This document shows, in pieces, positions 47,047-58,698 of a stretch of DNA of 64,000 nucleotides. The position numbers and the translations under genes were made by a program. Source of the stretch: Octopus sinensis (lineage: Eukaryota). The stretch's first letter is position 1, and each line of letters starts with the position of its first letter. The DNA is taken from NCBI RefSeq assembly GCF_006345805.1, contig NW_021833079.1, forward strand, positions 72,814 through 136,813, given 5' to 3'. The notes beneath the pieces were generated by a model. That model saw only the letters and a program-made list of their open reading frames with translations, ran no database searches and was not told the origin of the DNA.

Positions 47047-47439
47047 GGTATATAAATCAGACTGGTTACCGCGAAAAAAGATAAGATAGCTATTCTAAAC
47101 TAGCATAATTTAACGATTGAACATTAATTAAATAATCGATTGAGTGGCAAGTGGTTTTAATAATAATAATAAACCGATTAATTTTAATTCATTAGAACAT
47201 TGTGAATAGATTCGCCTTTTCCAATTTAACCGCTTTTTAATTCTTTCTACTCGGTTAGGCCAAAAATTTACCGAAAAACAAGAAATTCATTAATTAGTAA
47301 CGGTTTCGAATATATAAATGATTTATTACGGTATTTAAATTATTCTAGCAGTTATGTCTATTCTTAGAAACACGAACTTAATGATTTTTAACTGATCGAA
47401 GCAAATTTAAAGATTATTTAAGCTAATCGTTTGTCTATT

Positions 47440-48600
47440 CTACCATTTATTTTATTAAGTTAATTTTATTTCATTGATGTTAATCTGATTGTTGTCTGCT
47501 GAAAATTAATCTCCTCTTTTTAGAGGAGGAAGTAACCAACACCACTCTTTGATCCTCTGTCTTCAAGTTAGTTGCGATTCTTTTTCCCACACTATCTACA
47601 TTTTCTTCGTACAAATGACTTGCTTCAATTAAGAGGCTACTGGCTGAATTATCTTTTCATCAGTGATTCTGATCCCGTATTTGTGCTCAACAATTATACT
47701 CTCCAGTGTTTTCTTTAACACAATTGATTTTATGTAACTCCAAGTTCCGTCATCGATAGCCAACTTTTCGATGTATTTCGTGAAAAATCTGTAAACGAAC
47801 TCGTCCCAGGTCTAAACCAGTGGGATTATTCTCACATGAGCGTCGTAAAGAATAGACAACTCCCCGGCCAGTAGATCTTATTTATGGCATTTCTCGACCT
47901 TGACCTGCTTAGGTGGTCCTGAGAAATGATTTCCACATCGATGAGAGTAATTTCGTTCTTAATTTTGTGGTACGAAAATATGTCAGACTTGTTGCACTGA
48001 ATATTCGAGTCTGTAATTATTTGGGAATCGACTCGTATTTCGACATTTTGTGTGAATGTAATTGATTGGACAGGATAAACCTTTAATTTTTTGACTTTGC
48101 GGATTGCGTACTTCATACATAGATGCAAATGAATACATCTCAGGACCTCTTTATGTCTTCTGTTGTAATCACTTTTGAGCATTTTTCAACACCGGGTTGC
48201 CAAATGCCCAACAGTTTTTTTGCTTCTCATACAATGATTGCAAAATGCTCCCTTGGTTGAAAAGAATAGATTCCTATCCTCCAGTAGACAATATAGTGCC
48301 TCACTTCTGGGGGAAACATTTCCTCTCTAAAGCCAGCCGCTGGTCATTTAGACATTTGAATAATATGGAATGCAGAGCTTTACATTTGATTTTCTTGATT
48401 AACTAATTCATGTTGGCGGTTGTGATAGACTTCGCACAGATGCTTTCTCTGCTCTGAATACCATATTTGGGGCTAGAAATCCTGCGATCATGGAAAGGGC
48501 AATTTATTTGTTTTAATTGATCGCAGAATCCCCGACCTCCTCAGGCAAACTAAAGACATTCTCTTAAGGCCACCCAAAATTGGAATAGCATAAATTCACT
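47440..48600 (-). mobile_element. R4-like retrotransposon 3' portion (family R4-B)
   Basis: DYNRRHKEVLRCIHLHLC, IRVDSQI...CNKSDIF...LIDVEI, IVLKKTLESI; A-rich tail. Confidence 0.8.
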
Positions 48601-48932
48601 TTTAAAAACACTCGACGTTAATCCTTTTCAAAGGTTTTTCCTGCATAAATACAGCCGCTCTTTGTTCGCCGGCTTTAATTGCATTTTGAGGAAGACAAGC
48701 AAGCCCCTTTTGCAGGTCGATATTTTCGAATTCGGTGGGCCTACAGGCCCCAAAACTCCACCACAGCGTTCTCATAGAAATTGTGTCGGGACTAGGGAGC
48801 AGAACCGGGCAAAGATGAGGACCCTCCTCAGAGAAGCCGGGATCACCTGATTAATTAGTTCTATGTTTTGGACGGCGATCTTGGTTTTAATAATAATAAT
48901 TAATTACTACTGAATTAATTTAAATATATTTC

Positions 48933-49847
48933 ATGTTGCTCCAAAGTGATGGTAATTCACTTGTATATATTAAAGAAAATACATTTTCCAAAATATGCTC
49001 TGATGCTGAACATAAAAAGGAGTCTAACTTTATACGGCAATCTCTTTCGTACTTTTACGAGGCTTTTACTCGTTTTAGGTTGACTTAATTTTATTTAATG
49101 AAAATTTATTTACATAAGCTAATTAAAATTTGACGTCAATTTGAATAGTTTTGATGAAATGTGCATAGCTTTTGGCGGAGGAAAGGAATCAACAATTGTC
49201 CTATATTTATTCATGAGTGCGTGGAAGCGACAGTTAGTAAAGTCTACAAACTTAACTTCTAGTGCGGGTTCTTTATCAAAAATAGAAATATTAATTCTTC
49301 ACATTTCCACCGGACCCGAATTTCCAGAATTAACAAATTTCATACAAGAATCTGTTAATAGGTTAAATAAATATATTTAAACAAAGATTTAATTTAAAAT
49401 ACGTTCACTACTGTGGGAACTATAAAGAATCACTATATCAGTTTACTAAAGACAACAGAAAGATAAAGGCCGTATTTATGGGAACAAGGGGAGACGACTT
49501 TGGTAAAGACACAAATGTTGTAATTTTTTCAGAATATTCGATTGCTCCGTTTATGCCTTGTGATGAAGGTTGGCCTCCTTTAATTAGAGTGAATCCAATT
49601 TTGTCGTGGAACTACAGAGAAGTCTGGAATTTTATTGAACGTTATAATATTGATCAGTGCCAATTGTATGAAATGGGGTTCACTTAACTGATTAAGTAAA
49701 AGATATTCTTCGATTGGTGAAAAATATACGACTCAGAGAAATCCTAACCTTGTCACTTCTCTTAATGGAAATACAAACTATATCAAAGCTTCAAAACTTG
49801 AACAAGTGGGGACCGAACGTATTGGACGGGCTAAAAAATCTGAGTAA
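48933..49847 (+). CDS. FLAD1: FAD synthase (PAPS-reductase-like domain)
   Basis: CIAFGGGKESTIVL; FMGTRGDD; DEGWPPLIRVNPILSWNYREVW; LYEMGFT-SIG...NPNL; ERIGR. Confidence 0.9.
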
Positions 49848-49917
49848 AAATAGTATGATAATGTCTTTTTATTTATTTTATCTCATTAAAATTATTTAAA
49901 AAAGTATTATCTGAGTA

Positions 49918-50110
49918 ATTAGCTTTTGGTCTAGTTATACCGGGCAGGTAAATGGTCGAAAATCCGTTGCTAAACTCTAGTCCCGGGTTCGATTCTCAGA
50001 AGCTGTCTGTACCGAAAGTTCCAATTGGGTTTGACTAGTGACGCCGTTATTGACATACCATTACAAGCGAATTCCAAGCACTATCTGGACTTCGGTACGT
50101 CTTAGCTTCC
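49918..50110 (+). mobile_element. Probable tRNA-derived SINE copy
   Basis: A-box-like TGGTCTAGT, B-box GGTTCGATTC, and body TTGACTAGTGACGCCGTTAT shared with 52536-52731 and 57345-57545. Confidence 0.45.
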
Positions 50111-50214
50111 TGTCACACTGAACGGGTGAAGAACTTAATCAATTATTTGCAGAATTTTGTTCATCGTACCTGGATGAAAAAATGATGAATAATTTTTCTA
50201 CAAATGAAAAAATG

Positions 50215-50355
50215 CAATTATTTAGAAGATTGTAATTTACTTTTTGAAACCACTTCATTTCACCTTTCTAACCTTTATTCCCCATACGGAAAACGTGTTG
50301 AAGAAATGGAATAAGAAACTAAACTTTCTTAAAGCATTTCTTGGAAACTTGAACA
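50215..50355 (+). repeat. LINE RT fragment duplicated (inverted) at 63865-64000
   Basis: Near-identical reverse complement: TTTAGAAGATTGTAATTTAC...GAAATGGAATAAGAAACTAAACTTTCTTAAAGCATTTCTTGGAAAC. Confidence 0.8.
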
Positions 50356-50569
50356 GCCACACTTGAATAAAAAGAAAACTCAAAAGACAAGAGAAATTTA
50401 TCTATGCCTCAACTAGAAATTAATTAGAATAACCAACTTACTTGTTATCTCTTGCTCTTGAAAAATTCTGTGTCTGGTACAAGCGAAATCTTACGTGTTG
50501 TTGTTTAGTTATACAAATTCATTTTAAAAAAAACCTGCTTATATCTTGATGTGAACTCCTCCTGAAAGA

Positions 50570-51720
50570 GAAAATAACAATGTTATTATTCATAATATAT
50601 TTAGAGCAGGATGGACAAACGCGTCGGAGAGGGAGACCTTCGATGGAGAGTCTTGCCATCGCAAAAGGGACTGAGTGCACGACCCGTAAGGACTAGGTTA
50701 AATCTACTCTTTCCCAAGTGCTGGGAAGAGCTTCCAGGATGTCCAGGAATTTTTGACCTATTTTTCTTCAATGCTTCAAATTACGTTTTTGCGCGAATTT
50801 GTCTCTGAATGCACTGAAGAACCTGGCTAAAACTTCTTTTCAGGCTTGCGAAGGAAAACTTTTTCTGCGATTACGCCGTCAGGATGCTCATGTTCTCAAC
50901 AAAACGAGCACCAGAGTAGCGAGTTAGCCCTATTTTTGCAGGTTAGCAAGGTATTAAGTAGACATCCCTACTCTCTGAGAATTGTTTTTTCCTCATTACG
51001 GACCGCAGAATGACCCGAAATATATCTAGGTGGCAACTCAGGACTGACGTTATGAGTTGCATCAATTGTGCAATATCTTACGCGATCGTGCGTAATGCTC
51101 CAGAGACAATGGACGATATTTATCTCTATTTGTACTTGGCACAGACAACCTATGAAGGAATCACACAGAAGCTTGGGACAAAGAGTTGATGGAAATTTCG
51201 TCGAGCACACCCTGCCAAATGGAATTTTAATGAATTGAAATGTGTGCAGGCAAAGAGGATGGAGTTGATTGTTTTTTATCAGAAGAAGCTCTCAACCCAC
51301 GAATTTCGGTGTCAGGGAAGGCGAGAGAACAACTTGTCTCAGTTAAATTCCAGACTGTTCTATTGGCGGTTGCATGGAGAGACGAAGGAGGTTACCCGCA
51401 TGAGGCCAAAATGCCTGACACATGAGGAAGTATGTGGAAATCAGGTCCACTATGAGTAAGTCGTTTTGCTTTTGTATATCTGATACTCTCATGATTACCA
51501 AGTTTTGTGGTGTCTGACATCCGTTAGAAGTTCAATGAAGTAGTAACCCATTTCTCTCACTGGAAGACAATTGGGATCAATGAGATGTATAATTTATTTC
51601 TAAAAAACTGCAAACCACTTCATGATTGTATGTTTCGAGCAATTGAAAGTTTGCACTTGACCCTGGCTCGATTCCAGAAAGGTTATTTTCCGGGGTCACT
51701 TATGTGATTCCTTAAGTAAA
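50570..51720 (+). mobile_element. Degraded 5' fragment related to R4-A
   Basis: Diverged nucleotide match to 8450-9700 (AGAGCAGGATGGACAA, GTGGCAACTCAG, GAGACAATGGAC). Confidence 0.85.
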
Positions 51721-51769
51721 TAACTCGTCTGCTCCGACAGTGATTATCCGACATTTTTTTACAAATTGA

Positions 51770-52230
51770 ACTCGCATCAATGAACGCAGCCGCGCAACCA
51801 CACTCAGCGGACTGGTTAAATGCCGTCCCACTATCCTCAGCCGGTTTACTCTTGTATGATTAGTCAGTTCGACTCGGTACCTGTCTTCGACTAGGAATCC
51901 CTCTTTGCCATCCCCACCCGTGCAAGTGTGGGCAGTTGATAGACTCTGATGCCCTCCACCCTCATTCCTGCCGGTTAAGTGCTAGACGTACTCCGAGACA
52001 CCCCAATTTGAACAACGTCGTCAAACGGGGCCTTAATGCGCAAGCTTCCCTTATGTTCTGGAGCTCACTGGTCTTGATCGCGGAGACGGTAAGCGTCGGA
52101 CAGAATGACGGTCTTTCCATACAGCGAGGGGAAGTTTCTCGTATAGGATGTAACCTGTGCGGACAGTTATTAAGTCTGCGTTGTGTCCTGGATTCATGAG
52201 AAAGTAAACGCTTTAAACTGAACAATGGAT
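51770..52230 (+). mobile_element. Degraded CRE-like endonuclease fragment (third family)
   Basis: DWLNAVP...CLRLGIPLCHPHPCKCG...LHPHSCRLSARRTPRHPNLNNVVKR. Confidence 0.8.
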
Positions 52231-52329
52231 TCTTATGCGAATCTGAAAACAATTACTTTTAATTAAGTCTTTAATTTGTTTAGTCTGGTGGATAATCAAG
52301 TTTTGATTTAAAATTAATGTGACGACAAG

Positions 52330-52535
52330 CCCATACTTTTGTTGCTTCTCGACCCAGTATACAAGTTCTTGTTCAAGTGCTGGCCCCCGGAAGCTTTTTT
52401 AATAGCACATTTGTTTCTTTGCATAGGTATGTTGCATTGTGTTTCCAATTTCTTACCAGTTTCTTATTTACGTCAAACTTTCTTGAAGCGGTACAGTTGT
52501 TAATTTCTTAGACAAAGTTTACAACTGTTATCATT
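52330..52535 (-). mobile_element. Pogo-like (Brinker/CENP-B HTH) transposase N-terminal remnant
   Basis: NCTASRKFDVIRNW...RNKCAI, resembling POGK-type NCAAARKF..VREWRK. Confidence 0.45.
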
Positions 52536-52731
52536 TCGGCCGAAGGTTCCATGCATATTATATGCACCCCGGATTACATGCACCCCGGATTGACGAGTGA
52601 CGCCGTTATCAGTGATACCACTGCGGAACCGGATGTCTACTTCAGCCACACTCGAAAAGAAAAATAGATGAAGCAGAGACCCATGTCTTCGTTTGGATTG
52701 TCTTCCTTTGGATTAGTTAGTTTCTTAATAA
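52536..52731 (+). mobile_element. Probable SINE copy with head deleted
   Basis: Starts TTCGGCCG like 57345, then jumps to the shared body AAGGTTCCA...ATGCACC..GGATTGACGAGTGAC.CCGT.ATCAGTGAT...CTGCG.AACCGGATGTC. Confidence 0.5.
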
Positions 52732-53170
52732 CATGTTCTCTCTCTGTTTTGATCTTATGTGGCTGGCCCAAGCGAGATGTTAACATTCCGTTCTCATCTT
52801 GCGGCAGGGCTTGTTGTTGTTACAACTGTAGTCTGATATTTCATTTGTCTAGACATGGATAGGTATAATGGTTGGATGTTTAAGTGGTTATAATTTTTTA
52901 AAAGACAAGTGGTTTTAATGAGCTTGAACTAGATTCATTAGAGTAAGACAGCAGTGTTAAAACCAGTTAGGAAGCAATGCTGCACCCTAATTAGGAGACA
53001 ATTATATAAGGAAGGAACTTTGCAGTTAAAAAATCCCCGAGGGAATATTTAGTGATAAGCTATATTGATTAATTTAAAAATTGCCACAATATCTGCCATA
53101 TGGAACATATGTGACCAAACCAATAAAAATTAATAAGAATAACCAATATAACATTCGATTAATAAATATG

Positions 53171-53892
53171 TCAAGTCACCGTTTCAAATAGAAGGCCAAT
53201 GAAGTGGGTCAAATCGAATAAAATCAAAGTTTTCAGACCAATCTGGACGACTCTCCAAATAATTTGTTTCACAAGATTCATCCATTTGAAGGCTTGCCGG
53301 CTCAACTGGAGGAAAATTAGTGTCACCCCCAAAAATATTATCCCAGGAATAAAAAATGTTATCAAATGGTTCCAAATATGAAAAAGTAGGCTCATTAGAG
53401 GACGAATTGAGAAACATCTTATCGTCTCCACCAATAGGGTCTTCGTCCAATATAACGAGCTCTCCCAATCCCTTTGAGTTCTCTGGGCAAAAAGGAGTAG
53501 AGAGAAAAGTGTCGTCATCTTCCACTGCGGAGAAGATTCAAGTTCTGCAGACTTGTTTGGAAACGACACTTCCTCAATCCTCCTAGTTCCCTCAGATGGG
53601 TTTAAAAGTTTTTGAGTTAAAAGTTGATTGCGTTTCATTAATTGCAAATTTTGAAGCTTAAGTTGAGCGTTGGTCTCTTCCAAGGTCAACAACTGCTCTT
53701 CTAGAGAGCTCACGTAGATTTTTTTCCTGTCACGAGCTATTTGAGCAGCAATTCGGTTCTTTACTTTTCTATATAGTGGTTAATACTTTTAGTTTACCTT
53801 TTCTGAAGCTTTTCTTGCGCAGTTAACCGAGTATTTACACAAGTTAAAGATACAGGAAATTGACCAGAATTAACAACCAAACGCTTATCCAT
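53171..53892 (-). CDS. XBP1: X-box binding protein 1 (bZIP); unspliced frame stops at 53171, IRE1-spliced frame at 53184
   Basis: LTAQEKLQKRKVKNRIAAQIARDRKKIYVSSLEEQLLTLEETNAQLKLQN; two overlapping C-terminal frames, one hydrophobic and one acidic; IRE1 stem-loops. Confidence 0.95.
53528..53547 (-). other. 20-nt unconventional IRE1-cleaved intron
   Basis: Hairpin 1 CAAGT-[CTG^CAGA]-ACTTG; hairpin 2 ATCTTCT-[CCG^CAGT]-GGAAGAT; excision joins ...KSA to VEDDDTFL... (ORF 53184-53525). Confidence 0.93.
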
Positions 53893-54009
53893 ATAAATAA
53901 ACCAAATTATTTAAAAATTAGTTTAAAATTAGTTTAGCCATATAATATTTTTATTATTATAATATTTAAAAAAACAAATTAATTAACCAAAACGATTAAT
54001 TATTAATTT

Positions 54010-55330
54010 TTAATTAATGCGTCTGCTCTCAGTCGATTCTCTTCCTCTTTGAACCAGAGCCAATCTTTTCAATGCCCACACTCATCCATCTCACAGGACC
54101 AGGCTCCTCTGTGGTCGCTATCAAGTCTGACTCAATACCTACCCACACTTGGCAAACTTTCTCCTTTGTTTTAAATCAAGACTTTTGACATTCTTCCGGC
54201 AGAATTATTTCAAACTTATGTTCTTTACGCATACTCTCCAATCTTTTCCGAATAACCACAGACTGAATGTAAGCTCGTGTATGTTCTTTGAGACCGATTG
54301 AGTCGCATTATAAACGTCGTCTATGTTAATAAAAATGGCACCTGTAACCTTGGCGTTGTGAATTACTCTGAGTTTACTGGAAAGCAAATCGTATTTATGG
54401 AGCTTTTCCACCTCAACCTGACTTATAAGCATGATTATGTTCCTCATTTTGTCGAGTACGAAGATGTGCGGCTTGTCTTTATTGTCAGGTCAACACAAAT
54501 CTCCACAGAGTTATTCGCAGCCACTGACTCAACAGAGTGGATTTTCAATTTTCTAGATTTCTTAATTCCATACTCCTTGCATTAATTCTGATGTATACAC
54601 TTCATTATTTCGTTGTGTCTTCGTAGGTAGTCACTATTTATCATTTGACCACATCTAAATGATTAACTGTTTTTCTGACTCAGTTAAAGTGACTGCACAA
54701 TGCTCTAGCATTGTCGGAAAATAAATAAGTTCCCGTATTAGACACGGCAGCCCCTTGGTTCTCAGTGAGTTATTTCCATGTGATAACCACCAAGACAATT
54801 CCTTCAGATCCACGTCCAAATCATCATACCAATTAAACAAAATAGAGTGAACGGGCTTTCTCCGTACATTCTTGAATTCTTAGTTCATACAGGAAAAGTG
54901 CCATCATCGTAGTTCACCTTTGTAGCGACGACATGGAAATAACTATTCAGTTACGAAGGGAGACTACATGATTTTCCGTTGTAAAAAAATTTTACTAATT
55001 TGTTGGCTTCTGAAGTAACTTCAAAAAATGATGGTTTTGAAAATAATTTTCTGGATCACCGGAGCTATTATTTAATTAAATTACATGGTTATTTCAGGTC
55101 AAATGAACACATAAACCTCTTCTTTTTAGGTACTTTCCCCAATCCCTTGTCAACAAAATTAGCAACGATTCATACTAAAAGTTGAGAATCCACTTATTAT
55201 ATTTACATTATTTTCCTGATATTCTTCTAGTTCTAAACGATTTTATTTGAACCTCAAATTGTTTACCATAACCTGCTGGCAGTCATCATGGCAATTCATC
55301 TATTCCCTAATCAACATACATTAAGTTTAC
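54010..55330 (-). mobile_element. Degraded R4-like 3' portion
   Basis: LSWWLSHGNNSLR, DYLRRHNEIMKCIH, KLKIHSVESV, KLHKYDLL. Confidence 0.75.
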
Positions 55331-55334
55331 CCTC

Positions 55335-57337
55335 TGTTGCTCGCCATTTCTATAACTCGCCACTTTTTTGGAAAAAATGCCATTTTTACTAACAACAAGC
55401 CCTGCCGCAAGATGAGAACAATATATTATGTGACATGGTTTGCGTGACACCTATGGGCCGCGTGTTACCTGACGTGACCTTGAAGCTTAACTTAATGTCA
55501 ATATTGTAATTAATATTAAACTTCAAAGAATAATAACTTGTTAATTATTTTTTAAGTCTGGACATTGGCACAATCGAAATTTCGCTCATCGAATTTTTTA
55601 TCTATTAAATTTAAATGTTTAAACTACCTCAACGCGATTGTTCGATAAAATACTGATAATTTCTGCAGATGGATAATATGGAGATTCAAACTTATCCAGT
55701 CGCAACGAAGGATTTGTTCCAAAGTCTTTTTTAACTCGAACCTAAACATTAATTTTTATGCATACCTTATCACCAACACTAAATTCATACTTACTATTGT
55801 GAACATTCATTTTTCTGTTCATCGCTTTGTAATAATTAGAATTAGGATCAATGGGGTTGATTTCGAACTGAAATCTTTTCGGACTTGTAAACGAATAATT
55901 ACAATCATCTACATATAGAAATTCAAATTACATGAATTTTCAATTGGACTCGGACAATTGTTTGCATCATCGACTTGATCAGGACTCAACAAATCATTAC
56001 TTGAATTATCTAAGGAATAATTTTATAATTACAACCATAAAATATTGTATTTATTCCACTTATTCCCCGGTATCTTTCAAAAGGGCTCTCATTAGAAGAT
56101 GAGTGGACAGAAATGTTATAACTGTACACTGCATTTTCTAATTTTTCCAGCCACTTTTTATTATCATTGTCGATCATTTTTGCCATTTTTCTTGTAATTG
56201 ACTGGTTGAAGCGTTCGACAATCCCTTGTGAGCGGGGATTGTTTGGCCTTCCGTGAATTCGTTTGATATTGAATTCCTCACATAGATTGGTCATTTCACG
56301 ATTCTTGAATTCAGTCCCATTATCGGACTGAAGAAATTGACACGGACCATTTAAGAAAAATAATGATCTAAGGTTTTCACAAACTTCATTTGAGGACTTA
56401 GTGTAGAGCGGCCTCGCAAATGCAAATCTATAAAAATTGATAAAAAAACTAACCTGCTATATACGTCAATGACCGTTAAAATCCATTGTCTAGACAAATC
56501 ACTAGCTTGTGATCTGAATTCGCACATTTAAGATACAATCTATACATTTACAATTTGTATGATACCTTTCATTAATTACAGTAAAATTTTCAATTTTCTT
56601 AACTAGTCTATATTTTTTTTGCTTTGTAAGATATTCAGGAAATTTATCCTGTAAAGCATCTTTTAAAATTTGATATTCCAAACTATTCTTTACATAACCT
56701 TTGTACGAGGACATTGCTGCAAATATACTTGCACGCTAGAAATAATTCAAGAAATTTAGGTTTTCCACCAAAAAAAAATTAATTTCTGATAATTAAATTC
56801 CTATAAATATAATTTTTTGTCAAAATGAGAGAGTCTTTAGCTAATTTAGTAAATTATTAAATGATAAGAATGAGTCGCGGTCTAATTAAAAGATTTATAA
56901 TTTAATCCCATCAATGTCATAATTGTACATTTCAAGGTCACGTCAGGTATCGCGCAAACCATAGGTATCGCGCAAACCATGTCACATATGGGATCTGGGA
57001 TCATTAATTTATCTATAATTGTCCGAAATTTTTTATTTTATGGTCTCCCTTAATAGGTTCTTCAATGCTTTTTTTCCATTTGGCGTGCTGAAAACATTTT
57101 GATATTGTATCCACCGACGCATTTTTCCAGGCAAGATAAGAAAATAAAAACTCAGAGAAGAGTTATCAACAAGATAAATTATAATTTCTCTTTTTGATTA
57201 TAAGATAAACTAGAACACTTCCTCATGTTACACAAAAAGATACGCGGTATAAATATTCACAAAATTATTTTTGTAATAATAAATTATTATTTTTTTTAAT
57301 ACTAAAACGTGGCGAATAAGAGAATTTGGCGAGCAAT
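55335..57337. mobile_element. Probable older TGT-ended non-autonomous element enclosing the Ginger at 55429
   Basis: TGTTGCTCGCCATTTCTATAACTCGCCAC at 55335 pairs imperfectly with GTGGCGAATAAGAGAATTTGGCGAGCAA at ~57309-57336; no TSD. Confidence 0.4.
55429..56986 (-). mobile_element. Ginger2-like DNA transposon with intron-containing rve integrase
   Basis: ~57-bp imperfect TIRs TGTGACATGGTTTGCG; WILTVIDVYSR|FAFARPL...LQSDNGTEF...IHGRPNNPRSQGIVERFNQ; 26-nt intron 56428-56453; TSD imperfect (TATTA/TATGG). Confidence 0.85.
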
Positions 57338-57344
57338 GGAATTT

Positions 57345-57545
57345 TCGGCCGGATGATGCAGTGCTTGAAGGATTTGGGCAGTTTTGCAAAGCTCCCTGAT
57401 TCGAATCTCAATCTTATCATTCCGCCTGAAGGTTCCATTCATATTAAATGCACCGGATTGACGAGTGACACCGTCATCAGTGATTTCACTGCGAAACCGG
57501 ATGTCTCCTCGGCCACAAAAGAAAGGAAAAATAAATGGACCAGGG
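57345..57545 (+). mobile_element. Probable tRNA-derived SINE copy
   Basis: GGCCGGATGATGCAGTGC (A-box-like), GATTCGAATC (B-box-like), shared body. Confidence 0.5.
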
Positions 57546-57574
57546 CCCATAGGTGTCACGCAAACCATGTCACA
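57544..57574 (-). repeat. Solo Ginger terminus
   Basis: Exact 31-bp reverse complement of 55429-55459. Confidence 0.85.
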
Positions 57575-58698
57575 CCATAAAAGAAGAGGAGTTTATAGAC
57601 TTTACGTACTCTGAAAATACGAACTTTATGAATTTCTACAAAACAATAACGATGAAAATGACAAGTTGGACAATTTAATTATAGAAGATTGTCAAAGAAA
57701 CAAATGTATCACACATCGAGACGCGATAAATGTGTTTCGGACCTCAAAAACATTTTTACATGACGATCATTTTAATGTGAATATGCTTGAAAGTTTAATA
57801 AAAATGCAAAAAAATAGAGAAAATATCAGTCAAAAAAACTATTAATGATTACTTAAAATCTTGGTTTTTTAATAAATGTTTCAGATATTTATTTAAATGT
57901 TTAGAATCACTTAAATAGGTAGTTAAAATTATACAAAAATTTTTTTGATAGAAAATAGGATATTGATTGTTTCATATATTTCTCTTTGTGTTGTTAGAAG
58001 GCGTGTTTATGATACAGACTTAAATCAATTCATAAGTAAGCGTCCTAATGTCAGAATTTTTAAATTCTTTATCGTTGTCTAATTATAAAATCATAGAAGA
58101 TCCATGTTCATGAAATATGCTTTTTAATTAAAATGCAACCTAAATCTTAATAATAAATTGGTATGGTGTGTGTCTGTCTATGTGTATGCGCACACCAACT
58201 TCAAATTAGCAAAATACAGATAAACTGTCAGAATCCTTTCCCATTATAATTAGCTAATATCGGAGAAATAGTCCAAAACGAGGAGGCCCTCCAAAAATCG
58301 AACGTATTAAGAATATCCCCGATAATGAGGTCTTTAAAATTTTCCCGACAAAAAATGAACAACAAAGATCCCAAATCCCTATAGGTGGTGACAGGTGCAG
58401 CGGTTATTGTTTAATAATAATAATAATAATTGAAAAAAACTGCATGATAAAACTTTTGCTAGCTAAAATTAATTTTTAAAAATAAGGTCAATTTGTTCCA
58501 ATAATTTTTGTTATGATTAACTACATAGACTATTTACTTCCAATTTTCAAAAAAAAGTTAATTTAACATGTATTAAAAAACATTTATTTATAAAGGAAAC
58601 TAACATCTTATAAAAATTTATTTTTCAAATTATTTAAATTGTTTAAAATTTTGAGAATTTTTTTCAGCATATAAATTAATTTTCGCCGTCCGATTTAA

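Noticed and set aside
48600-48905. (TAA)n-tailed segments here and at ~58200-58430 as Dong-type targets
   Set aside because: No R4 element abuts them; probably old LINE 3' ends too degraded to classify.
49918-50006. Functional tRNA gene
   Set aside because: T-stem mismatch, no clean D or anticodon arm, over-long interior, and it is attached to a dispersed repeat body.
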